DNA of 64,000 nucleotides. Source: Neoechinorhynchus agilis (lineage: Eukaryota; Animalia; Acanthocephala). The notes beneath the pieces are model-generated. The model had not been told where the DNA came from. It was given only the letters and a program-made list of their open reading frames with translations, and searched no databases. How positions within the stretch are numbered: position 1 is the first letter of the stretch; the number at the start of each line of letters is the position of its first letter. The translations under genes and the position numbers were made by a program. The stretch lies in assembly GCA_051530055.1 (NCBI GenBank), contig CM121343.1, positions 6,666,389 to 6,730,388 of the forward strand, given 5' to 3'. Shown here in pieces: positions 1 through 13,330 of the stretch.

Positions 1-630
1 CAAATAACAATGAATATTCTTTTCAACAGGTTAAATGAATGTTGATTATGGAGTGGATCACGGGTTCGAAAGTCGGTGGTTATTCTTATGAGGTTGGGTC
101 TTTTTTCCTTTTCATTTCAATTGATGGCATGGAAAAATGAAGATTGTTTTGCTCATGTAAAAAGGGAACGGCTTTAGAGTTCCTGTTTTTAGAGAGTTTC
201 GCGCAAATAAACACAAACTCCAATGTTTTCCCGTTGATGATATAAAATGCAATCGCTTTGTCCAATTAAAGACACAATCCGACGTTGGTGCATTTAACAC
301 CTTCATTTTGACATCATCCGAGGACTTGTCAAGATCTTTGGAATGCCTCGACTGTACGAATCCATATTTCTGTTATATACTGCATTTTTTATAAATATGC
401 CAACAACTAAACTTAATAAGATTAAGGTTTTAGGATACTCTCACATTTAATATGTCTATTAAACACGACCTTTGCAAATTCAAGAGGCTCTTACGCGTGG
501 TTAAAGTTTACAAGATTCAAATCCTCATTTTTTCCGTTAGACGCTTAGAGAATCCGATATTTCGGTTACTCGTGTCCGAAATAACGGGTTTAATTTTATG
601 CAATCACTTCACTTAGTCGGTTTTAATACT

Positions 631-1496
631 TAAAATAATTTACTGAAAAGAGAACTCAGGTTCCGAAATATTTAATTCAATAATTAATGTTTAATTCTCG
701 GGGTGGTGACAGCTCTTCAAAAAATAATTTACTGAAAAGAGAACTCAGGTTCCGAAATATTTAATTCAATAATTAATGTTTAATTCTCGGGGTGGTGACA
801 GCTAAAAAACAAAGAGAACTCAGGTTCCAAAATATTTAATTCAATAATTAATGTTTAATTCTCGGGGTAATGACAGCTCTTCAAAAAATAATTTACTGAA
901 AAGAGAACTCAGGTTCCAAAATATTTAATTCAATAATTAATGTTTAATTCTCGGGGTAATGACAGCTCTTCAAAAAATAATTTACTGAAAAGAGAACTCA
1001 GGTTCCAAAATATTTAATTCAATAATTAATGTTTAATTCTCGGGGTAATGACAGCTCTTCAAAAAATAATTTACTGAAAGAAACTCAGGTTCCAAATATT
1101 TAATTCAATAATTAATGTTTAATTCTCGGGTTGACAGCTCTTCAAAAAATAATTTACTGAAAAGAGAACTCAGGTTCCGAAATATTTAATTCAATAATTA
1201 ATGTTTAATTCTCGGGGTAATGACAGCCTTCAAAAAATAATTTACTGAAGAGAGAACTCAGGTTCCAAAATATTTAATTCAATAATTAATGTTTAATTCT
1301 CGGGGTAATGACAGCTCTTCAAAAAATAATTTACTGAAGAGAGAACTCAGGTTCCAAAATATTTAATTCAATAATTAATGTTTAATTCTCGGGGTAATGA
1401 CAGCTCTTCAAAAAATAATTTACTGAAGAGAGAACTCAGGTTCCAAAATATTTAATTCAATAATTAATGTTTAATTCTAGGGGTGGTGACAGCTCA
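631..1496 (+). repeat. Tandem array, ~89-bp unit, ~10 copies; each unit carries a degenerate minimal hammerhead motif
   Basis: TACTG recurs at 641, 730, 894, 983. The unit contains CTGAA(G/A)A-G-AGAAC-TCAG-GTTCC-(G/A)AAA-TATT-TAATT. Confidence 0.95.
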
Positions 1497-2141
1497 CCGA
1501 AGACCAAAATTAGATTCCCCGAATGTAATTCTCAAAGAAAATTATAATAATTCAAAAATGTATTTCATGGACTGAATTTGGTATTTAAATTAGACGGATC
1601 AATACTATTGGTCTTGTCAGAGGATTTTCATTATATACAATATTCTTAAAGCCATCATCTACAATTTAGAGCACAATTATCGCATTGATCTTGAGCAATA
1701 ATGATTACCATAGATGTTCATAATGTTAAATGTATATTCATTAAACACGGTTTGGATATTTCTTTGAAAAGAACGAAAACTGGCGAATATTTGCATTCAT
1801 TTTAAAAGAACATTTTCTTTAACGAAAATTGCTTTTTAAGAGGATTTATAAAGAATAAGACTTATGAGCGCAAATTAAGACATAATTTTCACAAAATAAT
1901 CAGATGGAAAATTTTGTCTGGGGTTAATCAAATCGCAAGTTCAACTAATAAAAGTTTTTTAGTTCGATGATTGTGATGGAGTTATGATAAATTTTAATCT
2001 AGTTTATGGTTTAGATTCAATTTTCACTTTAAAAATCAATCCGCACATGAAGAAATTCGATTGATTTTCAATAATAATTTAATGTCAAATCATTTTGATA
2101 CGCACTTTTTATAGTCAAAACGATTGATTCGACAATGGGAT

Positions 2142-2342
2142 ACTTCTGATAGCGAATATATATTTAACATTGCTGATAAAATATGGTGAAGAAAATAAAA
2201 ACTGAGAAATTCGATTTTATTGTGAATTTTCGGCATTAGCGAGATAGTCTGAAGAAGGCCTACGCTAAGGCCGAAAATTCACAATAAAATCGAATTTCTC
2301 AGTTCTTATTTTCTTCACCATATTTTATCAACTTCTGATAGC
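2142..2342 (+). mobile_element. Fold-back element with hammerhead motif and 12-bp TSD (probable non-autonomous Penelope-like derivative)
   Basis: Direct repeat ACTTCTGATAGC at 2142-2153 and 2331-2342; inverted arms 2174-2241 and 2263-2330; CTGAAGA-A-GGCCT-ACGCTA-AGGCC-GAAA at 2249-2276. Confidence 0.8.
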
Positions 2343-2781
2343 TTTACTTGCTATTGGGTACCTTTCACTCTACAATTTCTTTATAAACTCAATTGTTAAT
2401 TAAAGATTGACCAAAGCAATTGTAACATTCAAAAGACCTTCACTTTAGATACTCAATCTTCGTTGCTTCTTCAAATACATTTAGAACTTTGAATTGCCCC
2501 AAAATATACTAGATCCAACGATTTGTGGGATTTTTATTAGGACAAAAGACATTTCCTCACTTTAGCGTAAATTGCATAATTCGTTTGATCTCTCGGGAAT
2601 CGCTTATTATGCTAGCATAATTCTAGCCAAACAGCGATAGCATAACAAGCGAAGATTTCGTTCCATTCCTTCATGTATAAATACTGGTTATTTGTATAGA
2701 TTGAAAAGCCAAAAAAAATCATTGCAAAATAATCGTGCCTCTTTAAACATTCGACATTTTTAATGGAATATCAAACTTATA

Positions 2782-2880
2782 CAAAATATCTCCTCCACAG
2801 TACAACGGGCAATGCTGCCAGCGTGATGGCAGCATTGCCCGGGGAAAAAAAGTTCGATTTTTATATTTTGTTAAAATACA
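2782..2880 (+). mobile_element. 3'-end fragment of CRE-clade non-LTR retrotransposon
   Basis: Translates (one frameshift) as QNISSTVQRGNAASVMAALPG, matching QNISLAVQRGNAASVMA at 33.4-33.6 kb. Confidence 0.65.
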
Positions 2881-3011
2881 ATCAACGCCGTCACCATTAA
2901 TTTAATATTATTTTTTTTAAAGAGACGTCGTGTACTTTTATTATTTCGTGCAATTGATTAAAGTGTAAACCATTTTGGTCACTGTGATAGCTTTATTTAC
3001 AAGCTCATAAA

Positions 3012-3663
<652 letters not shown>

Positions 3664-5023
3664 TGATCCTCTTTTGTAAATCTAAAGCAAGAAAGGAAAC
3701 ATTATATGGACCTTCTGCCGAGGAACGTTAGGTTGTCGGATGCTGATTCGTTGCACCCATGACATTAATAGCCTAATTAATGGCAGAAGCAGATTATGCA
3801 AAATGCGATAAGAATGGCTTACACAAGGAGACAGTAGAATCCTCGGAGAAAATAATGGGCGGCGTCTGATCTTTCACATCGCTGCTACCTTATCGGTTAA
3901 CTGTCAAATGTGCTCGAGAAACAATGGTAAATGGGTGGAACTAGCAGCATTTCAGCCCCGCAAAGCGACAAAGATAGTTAGAAATGCTGAAAGCAACAGA
4001 CAGAGATGAATTTTATTGGGGAAAATGCGAAGTCTTAAGAACCGCTCTCATCACTTGCTTTAAAACTATAATTTTGAGGATTTAAGACGAATATACGTAG
4101 AAATTAGTGTTTAGAATACTATGAAACACAAGCAATTGATTACAAGATTGATAATTGAAAAGGTTATCTATTAGATTTAGTAGAAGGCAAGGTTCTCCGT
4201 CTACTAGTTTACGTGCGTTTTCCTCGCAGTATTTTTGGGAGGGGGGGGCACTGATGCGTTTCCATCATTGTTTGTTGACGCAATTTTAGGTTTTTTGAAC
4301 AAACCATGGTAAAAACACATCCATTTTTGCCTATATCATCTTCTATCATTAAATTATCCTTACTTCACACTTGTGATAATTGATTTGAGATATCTTCTAA
4401 GAATTCATCCACGCCACGTGTTTCCACAACTTCGACTTTGATAACGGCCTATCACGCCCACAGTCACCCAACTCCACCTACTACAAGTTTATCTAATTAT
4501 TCCCAGAACAATAATTGCAACCGACGTTTGGAGAAAACCTCAAGTTATCGTTTGAAAATAATGGGACTCCAGTGAATACTCTTGCGAGGTTAGACGAATC
4601 TCAACAGGGTTGCTAAAGATTATTACTCTTCTTTGTTGTCTGCTATGGACGAATATAAAATTGGGAAAAAGACATTAAGTTGAAATACTCTGATATTTTC
4701 ATATTATTTTAAGTGTGTTCTTTGGTGGTGAGAAAAATAGATATCGATTTTTATATCACACAGAATTGTCGTCGGCCTGAATTTGATTCGAGTTGTTGTT
4801 GTTGATCATTTATTTTAATATTTTGCAACTGTTTACGACGTTTCATTGTTACATCCCAGAAACTAACTTGCGAAACAACCTGATGAAGTCCGACAGACGA
4901 AGTATTGAGAATTAATAAATCAATATCTATTCTTATCATCACCACGATTATTATAAACTCAAAATTATGTTATGGACTGTTTATTTCTAATGACTTAGGC
5001 ATTCTTCAAAAAGATTGATGATC

Positions 5024-5840
5024 AAACTAAAATTGAAAGTACGTTTCTTATTAGATTAAACATTAAACTGAACATAATGATTCGATTTTGGTCGCTTAAT
5101 TTACGTTTTATGATTATTGATTGAACATTGAATTGTTCATGTTTTTATATGGCGGAAAATTAAAAGAATTTATAGATCGTCATATAAAAACATTTGCGAT
5201 TATTGTACAAAAAGTCATCTTTACAACATAAATACGACAAATAATAAATTAAACTAAAATTGAAAGTACGTTTCTTATTAGATTAAATATTAAACTGAAC
5301 ATAATGATTCGATTTTGGTCGCTTAATTTACGTTTTATGATTATTGATTGAACATTGAATTGTTCATGTTTTTATATGGCGGAAAATTAAAAGAATTTAT
5401 AGATCGTCATATAAAAACATTTGCGATTATTGTACAAAAAGTCATCTTTACAACATAAATACGACAAATAATAAATTAAACTAAAATTGAAAGTACGTTT
5501 CTTATTAGATTAAATATTAAACTGAACATAATGATTCGATTTTGGTCGCTTAATTTACGTTTTATGATTATTGATTGAACATTGAATTGTTCATGTTTTT
5601 ATATGGCGGAAAATTAAAAGAATTTATAGATCGTCATATAAAAACATTTGCGATTATTGTACAAAAAGTCATCCTTACAACATAAATACGACAAATAATA
5701 AATTAAACTAAAATTGAAAGTACGTTTCTTATTAGATTAAATATTAAACTGAACATAATGATTCGATTTTGGTCGCTTAATTTACGTTTTATGATTATTG
5801 TACAAAAAGTTATGTGTGCGAGATAAATACGACAAAAAAT
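5024..5840. repeat. Tandem array, 227-bp unit, ~3.5 copies
   Basis: AAACTAAAATTGAAAGT at 5024, 5251, 5478, 5705; internal hairpin ATGTTTTTATATGGCG / CGTCATATAAAAACAT. Confidence 0.95.
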
Positions 5841-6229
5841 AGACCAATTAGATCACGTACCGTAAGTTACATTTGATAATTTTGAATTTATAAAACCTTC
5901 CAACAAAATTATTTCGTTTGTCTTAGATACGAAAATCTTATCATTACTTGGGCGATATGCTATTGCCGTGTCCTTTCATTTGTTAGAAAAATGAAAGCAG
6001 ATTTTTACAAGCTCAAGTTAATAGTAGTTGAGAAAGGGAAGATCTTCTTAAGGTGCATATGCTGGTTATCTTTAAAATAGAAATGTTTAAAAAAGTCTTT
6101 GAACATTTCACTGCATTTAATAAGATGAAAAACAAGCTTAAATTTAGTAATCAGTTGTGTGAGATTTTCTTGTAACTATAGCTGATAAAATAAATGTCAT
6201 TTAAAGTTCTGAGATGTGCTTCTATCAGC

Positions 6230-6700
6230 CAGTATATCGATAATCAGTCTCGATGGGACAGAACCGATTTAAGCGCTATGAATTTTGTGTCAGTCGTATG
6301 AATGAGTATTAACAATTTCTCATTCATATATTTAAAAGCATCTTTATCAAAAATGCCTCGTTACATTACTTCTTTATATTGCGATACAGCCAATCAAATC
6401 GGAATGCGAGCAATTTTGACACTTCAGAAAGTAGACCGCACTCTCTACTACATGCGCTTTCCATGGCTTCCAAATAATCGCTACATTTTCAGGTCTAATT
6501 AATTGCATTTCCTCTGTTTTTAAAATCGAGACACCCAGATCGTTTGGTACCGCGGCGCAGGACCTGATCAACAATTGTCTAAGAGATTGAGACGATCCAA
6601 AGGCAGGAAGGCAACTAAGTGAACCCCGAGGTGGGGGCGGTGGTGTAAATGATTTCTGCGATGAGATTTTGAAGGTAATTAATGACTTTGATATTTCAAA
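6230..6700 (-). CDS. Possible small spliced gene of unknown product downstream of LETM1
   Basis: GC-richer open frames (e.g. CSDYLEAMESACSRECGLLSEVSKLLAFRFDWLYRNIKK followed by a GTAATG donor); no family recognised and exon structure unresolved. Confidence 0.25.
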
Positions 6701-6937
6701 ATGGATAGAATTTAAAACATTTTTGCTACATGATATTTTCATAAATAAAACTCGATGGAAAAAAATGCGAGCATGAAACATACTAATTAAATTCTAAACC
6801 ATGAAGTCAAAATCGAAGTTTAAAAGCATCAAGTTTCTCCAAGATTCCATTCTGAACTGCATATCACATTTGAACTAATTCAACGAAATTTAATAATGTA
6901 TCACGCGTAAGTACACGGAAATTCTACTAAGATCCAT

Positions 6938-9039
6938 CTATCTGTATTCAGTGGATTTATTATCACTTTCATCTAGTTTTCCTCCAGTTATCGTTTCTGA
7001 TACTTCTTCAAGAGTTTCCGTTGTAAGCTCTATGTGTTCGCTGCTCATATATTGCAACACCTGATGAAAAATGATATATTTTTTAGACAAATAACGATTA
7101 TACCTTAAATAACTCTCCGACGTCGATTTTATTGTCGCCTTTAACGAGGTTGGCAATCACTGCCCCGCGTAATTCAGATGGTTCCGTGACATTATCAGGC
7201 TTTAAGCGTTCAATTATATCAAGTACGTCGTCCAATTCGACTAAACTTTGCCTATTGAAAAGACAACAGTGAAATCATTTCTTTGTAGAGAATAAACACA
7301 CCTTCTTCTACTAATCGTTGATTCGTTATTCGGTTCCACATTAGTGTCTGCCTTTTCCCATGGCTCAAGCTCGGATGCCTATTTGTCAAAACAAATAACA
7401 ATTGCAAAAATCAAAGTACAAAAACTACCAATATTCCTTTTTGAATGTTTGATCTCTTATTCTGAAGCTCAGAATGAATTCGATTCACATTGGCAAGCAT
7501 TCGGTCAAGCTTTCGAGCTAGTACGTCTTTCAAATGACCGGGTTTCTCATTGATAACTGCCGCATCCTTTTTCTCCTGCGAATCTTCAATATATTCATCA
7601 ATCTCAATCGTTGATAGGTTGATATTCTTCTTTTTAGCCAATGCAAGAATCTCGCGAGCTAGTTGATTAGTAACACTCTCATCTTCACCCACATCGGGAA
7701 TCTGCCTGGGTTGTTTTCCCTCCAAGTCAACTTCAGCTCGTTCACTTGCGATTGCCTTATCTTCTTTTCTAACAGCCATCAATTTCTCTTTGTTAGGTAC
7801 TCGTTCACCGGCAAGTTCGGCTAATTTCCAAGCAGTTGCTTGCTCAACATCCAGTGGTAAACTAGTAATGACCCCTTTCAGGAAATCAGTCTCCACTTCT
7901 TGATCGGCTGGTTTCTCCACTTCAGCCTCTATCGGTTGTTTTTCAATATCGAAAACTGGAAGCGATCTAGGAGCATAAAAGAATGCCCGGGATAATAATA
8001 GAAGCGATATTGGAACTTTTCTATTCAAACTGAAATCCGTCCATTGTTTTAACTGGAAACGAAGTCGGTCATCAGTAAGGCCGAAATATGCCATTCCACG
8101 ATCATGGCAAGCCCTTTGAAGCTCGTTAGTAGTCAAAGTATCGATTCCATCTCGAAGAATCAAACGATCATCTCGTTCAAGACGGTTTATCCGTGAATGA
8201 ATAAGTCCACGCAACATCATATTCGGACCCAGAGTTGGTAGATCGAGAAGTTCACAAAGACAAATTAGGTTTATCCGATTAAGACTATTTAAAGTAAGAT
8301 CGTTCTCGAAAAGACCTGCAAATTTTAAGACTTCTTCATTGGAAGGTTGTTCTTTATCCGGCGAACGGATTCTTTCCATAAAACTGGTGAATTCCATATA
8401 CGTGTCTTTTCCTAAGTTAGAAGCATGATCCAGTAGCACATCCCTCAGAATATTCGCCACTTGATAATCCTTCTTCATCCGCGCTTCCTTTCGACTATCC
8501 GATAAGTTTTGTGCAAAAGTGCTCGGTAGAGCATTTGGAAAGAATTTTAAATATACCGGAAGCAAAAGTTCCATGAATGGGATGATTATGAACACCATAA
8601 ATGGTACCAATCTAATTACATCGTTGATTGTCGTGATCATATGCCGTTGTTCACGTCGACTAAGCCGATGTCCTCGGCCTAGTTTCCATAATAACTTACT
8701 GGCAATCTTTAGTTCAAGGAAAAAAAGACGAAAGCCGTGATAGTAATGCACTAATTCAGTTTTAAAACGAAACCAAAAACTCGGCTTGACTATCTGTGTT
8801 GCACTCTTTTGGTCGGTTGGTTTTAGCTGCTCCGACGGAGGAACCGTCGTTGCCAATGTTCGGCAAGGCGTAATAAAATACGAGTTCAAATAAGGTCGGA
8901 AATTCGATTGAAGGAGCACGCGTTGAGTTGAAGAACGATGAACTGAACAAATGAATCTCGGACTAGAATTGAATACAAACAACCGGAACAAGCTTCGATG
9001 GGACATCGTTGCTTTAAACAGTGAGATCGAGTTCTCCAC
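6938..9039 (-). CDS. LETM1: LETM1 mitochondrial inner-membrane cation/H+ exchanger; exons 9039(or 9006)-7429, 7378-7302, 7251-7104, 7060-6938
   Basis: HYYHGFRLFFLELK, RLVPFMVFIIIPFMELLLP TM segment, LFENDLTL, LTTNELQRACHDRGM, EF-hand-like C-terminus (DNKIDVGELFKVLQY). Three GT..AG introns of 50, 50 and 43 nt keep frame. Confidence 0.95.
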
Positions 9040-9953
9040 ACGATCCTTTAAGAAATCTGGAAGAGCAAGTTAGACTCAATGAAGGATATGAGCCGGAAAA
9101 TCTAAGAACTGTGCCAAAATGGAGCTTCCTGATTTGGGAAATAAATAATATCAAAAGCTTCGATGGGCAATCGTTGCTTTGAACAGTGAGATCGAGTTCT
9201 CCACACGATCTTCTAAGAAATCTGGAAGGCGGGCAGAACTCAATGAAGGATATGAGCCGGAAAATCTAAGAACTGTGAAAAAATGGAGCTTCCTGATTTG
9301 GGAAATAATGAATATCAAAAGCTTCGATGGGCAATCGTTGCTTTCAACAGTGAGATCGAGTTCTGCAAACGATCTTCTAAGAAATCTGGAAGGCGGGCAG
9401 AACTCAATGAAGGATATGAGCCGGCAAATCTAAGAACTGTGCCAAAATGGAGCTTCCTGATTTGGGAAATAAATAATATCAAAAGCTTCGATGGGCAACC
9501 GTTGCTTTGAACAGTGAGATCGAGTTCTCCACACGATCTTCTAAGAAATCTGGAAGGCGGGCAGAACTCAATGAAGGATATGAGCCGGAAAATCTAAGAA
9601 CTGTGCCAAAATGGAGCTTCCTGATTTGGGAAATAAATAATATCAAAAGCTTCGATGGGCAACCGTTGCTTTGAACAGTGAGATCGAGTTCTCCACACGA
9701 TCTTCTAAGAAATCTGGAAGGCGGGCAGAACTCAATGAAGGATATGAGCCGGAAAATCTAAGAACTGTGCCAAAATGGAGCTTCCTGATTTGGGAAATAA
9801 ATAATATCAAAAGCTTCGATGGGCAACCGTTGCTTTGAACAGTGAGATCGAGTTCTCCACACGATCTTCTAAGAAATCTGGAAGGCGGGCAGAACTCAAT
9901 GAAGGATATGAGCCGGAAAATCTAAGAACTGTGCCAAAATGGAGCTTCCTGAT
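8990..9953. repeat. Tandem array, 164-bp unit, ~6 copies, overlapping the LETM1 start
   Basis: AAGCTTCGATGGG at 8990, 9155, 9319, 9483, 9647, 9811. Confidence 0.95.
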
Positions 9954-10534
9954 CTTTGAAGGAATGAATACGCGGGACTAGTACGACAGAGACTCCGCCG
10001 GGGTTTCCCGACGAGTACCCATGCATACAGTCATCGATGACGTGTCATCGTTGCCGTTTCGTTTAAATTTCCGACCTGCATTTGAGTTCGAGTTACAAAT
10101 TTCTCCCAAGCCAGCAATTTTTCGGTTCCGTTGATCGCTTAATTTCCGTGCTGGTTAAGATTGAAACTCATATGATGGAATATTCAGACGTCGAGGGTGA
10201 ACGAGGAGATTAAAGAAAGATGTTCCTTTTCCGCGGGATGAATCCAATCTCACGTTCCCGTGATGCCATGGAATAATTTAATGGTTCGGGGTTATCCGAC
10301 GAAATTTTGAAGTTCTTGGTTCCCAAGACTGGTTTGGAATGCGATAACGGTGCTCCACCGATAACGCAAAAACCTTTCTTTTTTTGAAATCACTAAATTC
10401 GTGGAGATCGCACTTGACAAAACGATTGCACAATAGCCAATGGGAAATCATTGTTTCGTCAAGGAAAGATCGTTTTTGGACTGCACAGAGCTTGGGAAAT
10501 CTCGAAAAGGCAGATTAGAGGATACGTTTGAAAG

Positions 10535-11310
10535 AGAACTAGGAAAAAAGAAGCTTCTCGCATCGTTTTTTTGAACTACGATCAAACGCCAACAAATTTT
10601 GTTCAATAAATCGCATTTGAAGCTTAGAAAACATAAATTAATAAATTAAACTAAAAATCAAATATTTGAAGGATTCGTATTTAGTATATTTTCCTTTTTT
10701 TTATCGGCCTTGAATGCACTCTATGAATTCTCATTTTTCTTATCATCTTAAAAAACGTGAGATGACAAGTTAAACAGAATTTAATCATATCGAGAGAAAA
10801 TCCATCGTTCGGTTAAAAATTATTTTATTATTAGGAAATATTTCGAAAGAGGAAACCTCGCCTTTTTAAATATGTAAGTTTTAAAGAAAACTAAGAAAAA
10901 AGAAGCTTCTCACATCGTTTTTTTGAACTGCGATCAAACGCCAACAAATTTTGTTCAATAAATCGCATTTGAAGCTTAGAAACATAAATTAATAAATTAA
11001 ACTATAAATCCAATATTTGAAGGATTCACATTTAGTATATTTTCCTTTTTTTTAATCGTCCAGAATGCATTCTATGAAATCTCATTTTTTGTTATTATAT
11101 TTAAAAACGTGAGATAAGAAGTTAAACAAAATTTAATCATATCGAGAGAAAATCCATCGTTCGGTTAAAAATCATTTGGTTATTAGGAAATATTTTGCGA
11201 ACTTGCATATTTGAAAATTCGAAGTTTCCTCTTTCGAAACATTTCGCGAATAATAGAATGATTTTTAACCGAGCGATTATATTCACCACAAGTCAAAATA
11301 AACAGAATTT
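10535..11310. repeat. ~352-bp direct duplication ending in a fold-back element with degenerate hammerhead motif
   Basis: Units ~10535-10860 and ~10885-11200; inverted copy at ~11225-11280; TAAACAGAATTT at 10771 and 11299, with TAAACAAAATTT at 11123. Confidence 0.8.
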
Positions 11311-11759
11311 GTATGATCGATGATATTAATAAAAAGCATTTCAACAATACCTAAAATTTTCGTGAAATCAAACAAGTTTCACCTTGATCTTTAATTATGT
11401 AAAGTTTACTATACATTCCAGCAATTTATATGCTGGTGATTGAAAGATGGATCGATACGTGAGTTTGTGAAACTGTCATGAACTGGATTTGAAGATTAAA
11501 GTTAAACATCATTATATTTTCGTCTATTGATTTCTAGTAATGGAACTTATAATCTGCTAAAATAGCATCAATCGTGATTTTTTTTTGAAATTTAATTGGC
11601 ATTATGGCAAGATTTAGCTACCAAACGCTTAATTCTTAGAACGTTCAGATTTATTGCCAATATGAGCTTTGCGGTCCAAAATTTGTCTTCATTAATTGCT
11701 GATTTTACGTTTCGATCACCATAAATGATACAGATTTTGCAATACTTCACTGATCAAAA

Positions 11760-12880
11760 AGGTACTCTCGCCTCATCCGTAATCTAAAAAGGGATTATGT
11801 GTCCTATGGCTTGGCCCGGGAGTTCAGGGACCGTGTATCCGTTCAAATTCCCTTTCATTGAGTTTTTTAACACGCCGCTAGTTTTAAGCTAAAGTTTTGT
11901 TTCATTGTGTTGGACACTGCAATGTGTAAGGTTTCCAAAACAAGACGTCTTTTTTAGGCGTTGATCTCTTTTTATAATTCGGTGTTGAAAAGTCTTTTGC
12001 TCTCTCTCTCTTGATGCCCAGCATCGTTTGTTCCATATAGAATCCTTCATACTGTTCGGAATGCATTCTTTAAAAAAACATCTCTGTTTTACCCTTTCTC
12101 TTGAATGTGTTTCTGAGGTCGATTCCTTTATTATTGTATAGAGGAATTCCAGTCTTCTTCATCGTGATGGAATGGATAAGTTGATTGATCTCATCGTTGA
12201 AGAAATGTACTATTTTGAAGCATACAGACGATTTTTTTGTGCCGATGGTCGTTACTGGCTTTGAGGGATATTCCCTCATTTTCAACTCCTCGACTATCCT
12301 CTCCGTTTCTTCACGTAACTCGAGTAAATGAAATCAGGGAGGCGCTTCGGAAATACGAAGTGGAAGCAAAGATTTCATGCCTCATCGGTTGGTTCGTTCA
12401 CGAAAAAGTGCATTGAGCACTTTGCGTTGAACGTTTAATCAAGACGTCCAAGAACGAAATCTCACCATTATCATTTTCTCTCTATTGACTGTCCACTGTA
12501 TATGTTGATCTTGAATGTTCGATGCTACATTTTGTGAGTCGTTGTTGTGGTTTAAATCAGTCAGAATAAATACATCATCCACATAATACCACCACCGATT
12601 TGCATTCACTATGCAGTTCCAAGAAAGTGGACTCCCAATCCCGCGTGTTTATGCCGACCAAAATCGGAGCAAATGACGAATCCATGGCTAAACTATCTCT
12701 TTGATCGTTAAAAGAACCATCGAATTCATTAGATAACGGAATACCAAGTGACGAGGTCCAAACGTGGTTCGCTGCAATGCTAAGTGAGTAAATCAGCCGA
12801 CAATTCACTCGTTTTGGTCAGGAGGACATTGGTGAAAAGGGCTTTCACATCGGCCTTAAACATTCTGTCTTGCTCGATGT
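11760..12880 (-). mobile_element. Decayed Penelope-like element (RT + GIY-YIG)
   Basis: Minus-strand fragments QRDSLAMDSSFAPIL, YVDDVFI, ISFLDVLIKR and GFYMEQTMLGIK (GIY-YIG second motif); many stops and frameshifts; homologous to 37.4-38.3 kb. Confidence 0.85.
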
Positions 12881-13330
12881 TTAGTTTCCTGATCTAAATC
12901 GCAAACGTGAATCCATCGTCGATGTGCGAGGCGGCAGTTTTTAAATTTAATCTTAAGGTGGAGCGAGCGTTGCGGAAGGACGGAAAACGGCGAAATACCT
13001 CGATTTAACCCATGAGTTTGTTCCTTTTGGGGTTGAGACCTACGGATCTCTTGGCAGTGAGGCTCTTCAACTCCTGAGGGATCTGAAGCGATGCCTTCAG
13101 GTCCGAGGGATCTGAAGCGATGCCTTCAGGTCTGAGGGATCTGAAGCGATGCCTTCAGGTCTGAGGGATCTGAAGCGATGCCTTCAGGTTATAACCGGTA
13201 ATGCAAGGCCAGGATCATTGTCCTGTTGAGAGGCAACACTGCAAGCATTCGGGCGACAATTGAGGACGAGGACGGCTAGGCATTTTTTGCCGGATACAGT
13301 TTTCCTCCAAGATTTTGATAAGTTCAATGT
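12880..13330 (+). mobile_element. CRE-clade retrotransposon 3' (RLE) remnant with an internal 29-bp tandem repeat x4 (13074-13189)
   Basis: RKTAKYLDLTHEFVPFGVETYGSLGSEALQLLRDLKRCLQ; repeat unit CTGAGGGATCTGAAGCGATGCCTTCAGGT. Confidence 0.8.

Noticed and set aside
112-306. HWSLC motif suggesting a Ulp1/C48 protease
   Set aside because: No catalytic Asp or QxNxxDCG motif was found; the region is a decayed repeat.
631-1496. CRISPR-like appearance of the tandem arrays (also 23.2, 27.2, 47 and 56 kb)
   Set aside because: Units are contiguous with no unique spacers, there are no cas genes, and the context is eukaryotic.
2808-2841. 14-bp perfect inverted repeat GGGCAATGCTGCCA / TGGCAGCATTGCCC as a terminator or regulatory hairpin
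   Set aside because: It lies within the CRE 3' coding remnant (GNAASVMAALP), with no independent support.
4874-4930. CTGATGA-A-GTC-CGACA-GAC-GAAG hammerhead-like motif
   Set aside because: GAAG replaces GAAA and helix I does not pair; at most a dead remnant.
9179-9510. Plus-strand ORFs in the 164-bp array; likewise antisense ORFs over LETM1, LRR, PHD, POU and CRE
   Set aside because: These are shadow or repeat-derived frames without recognisable domains.
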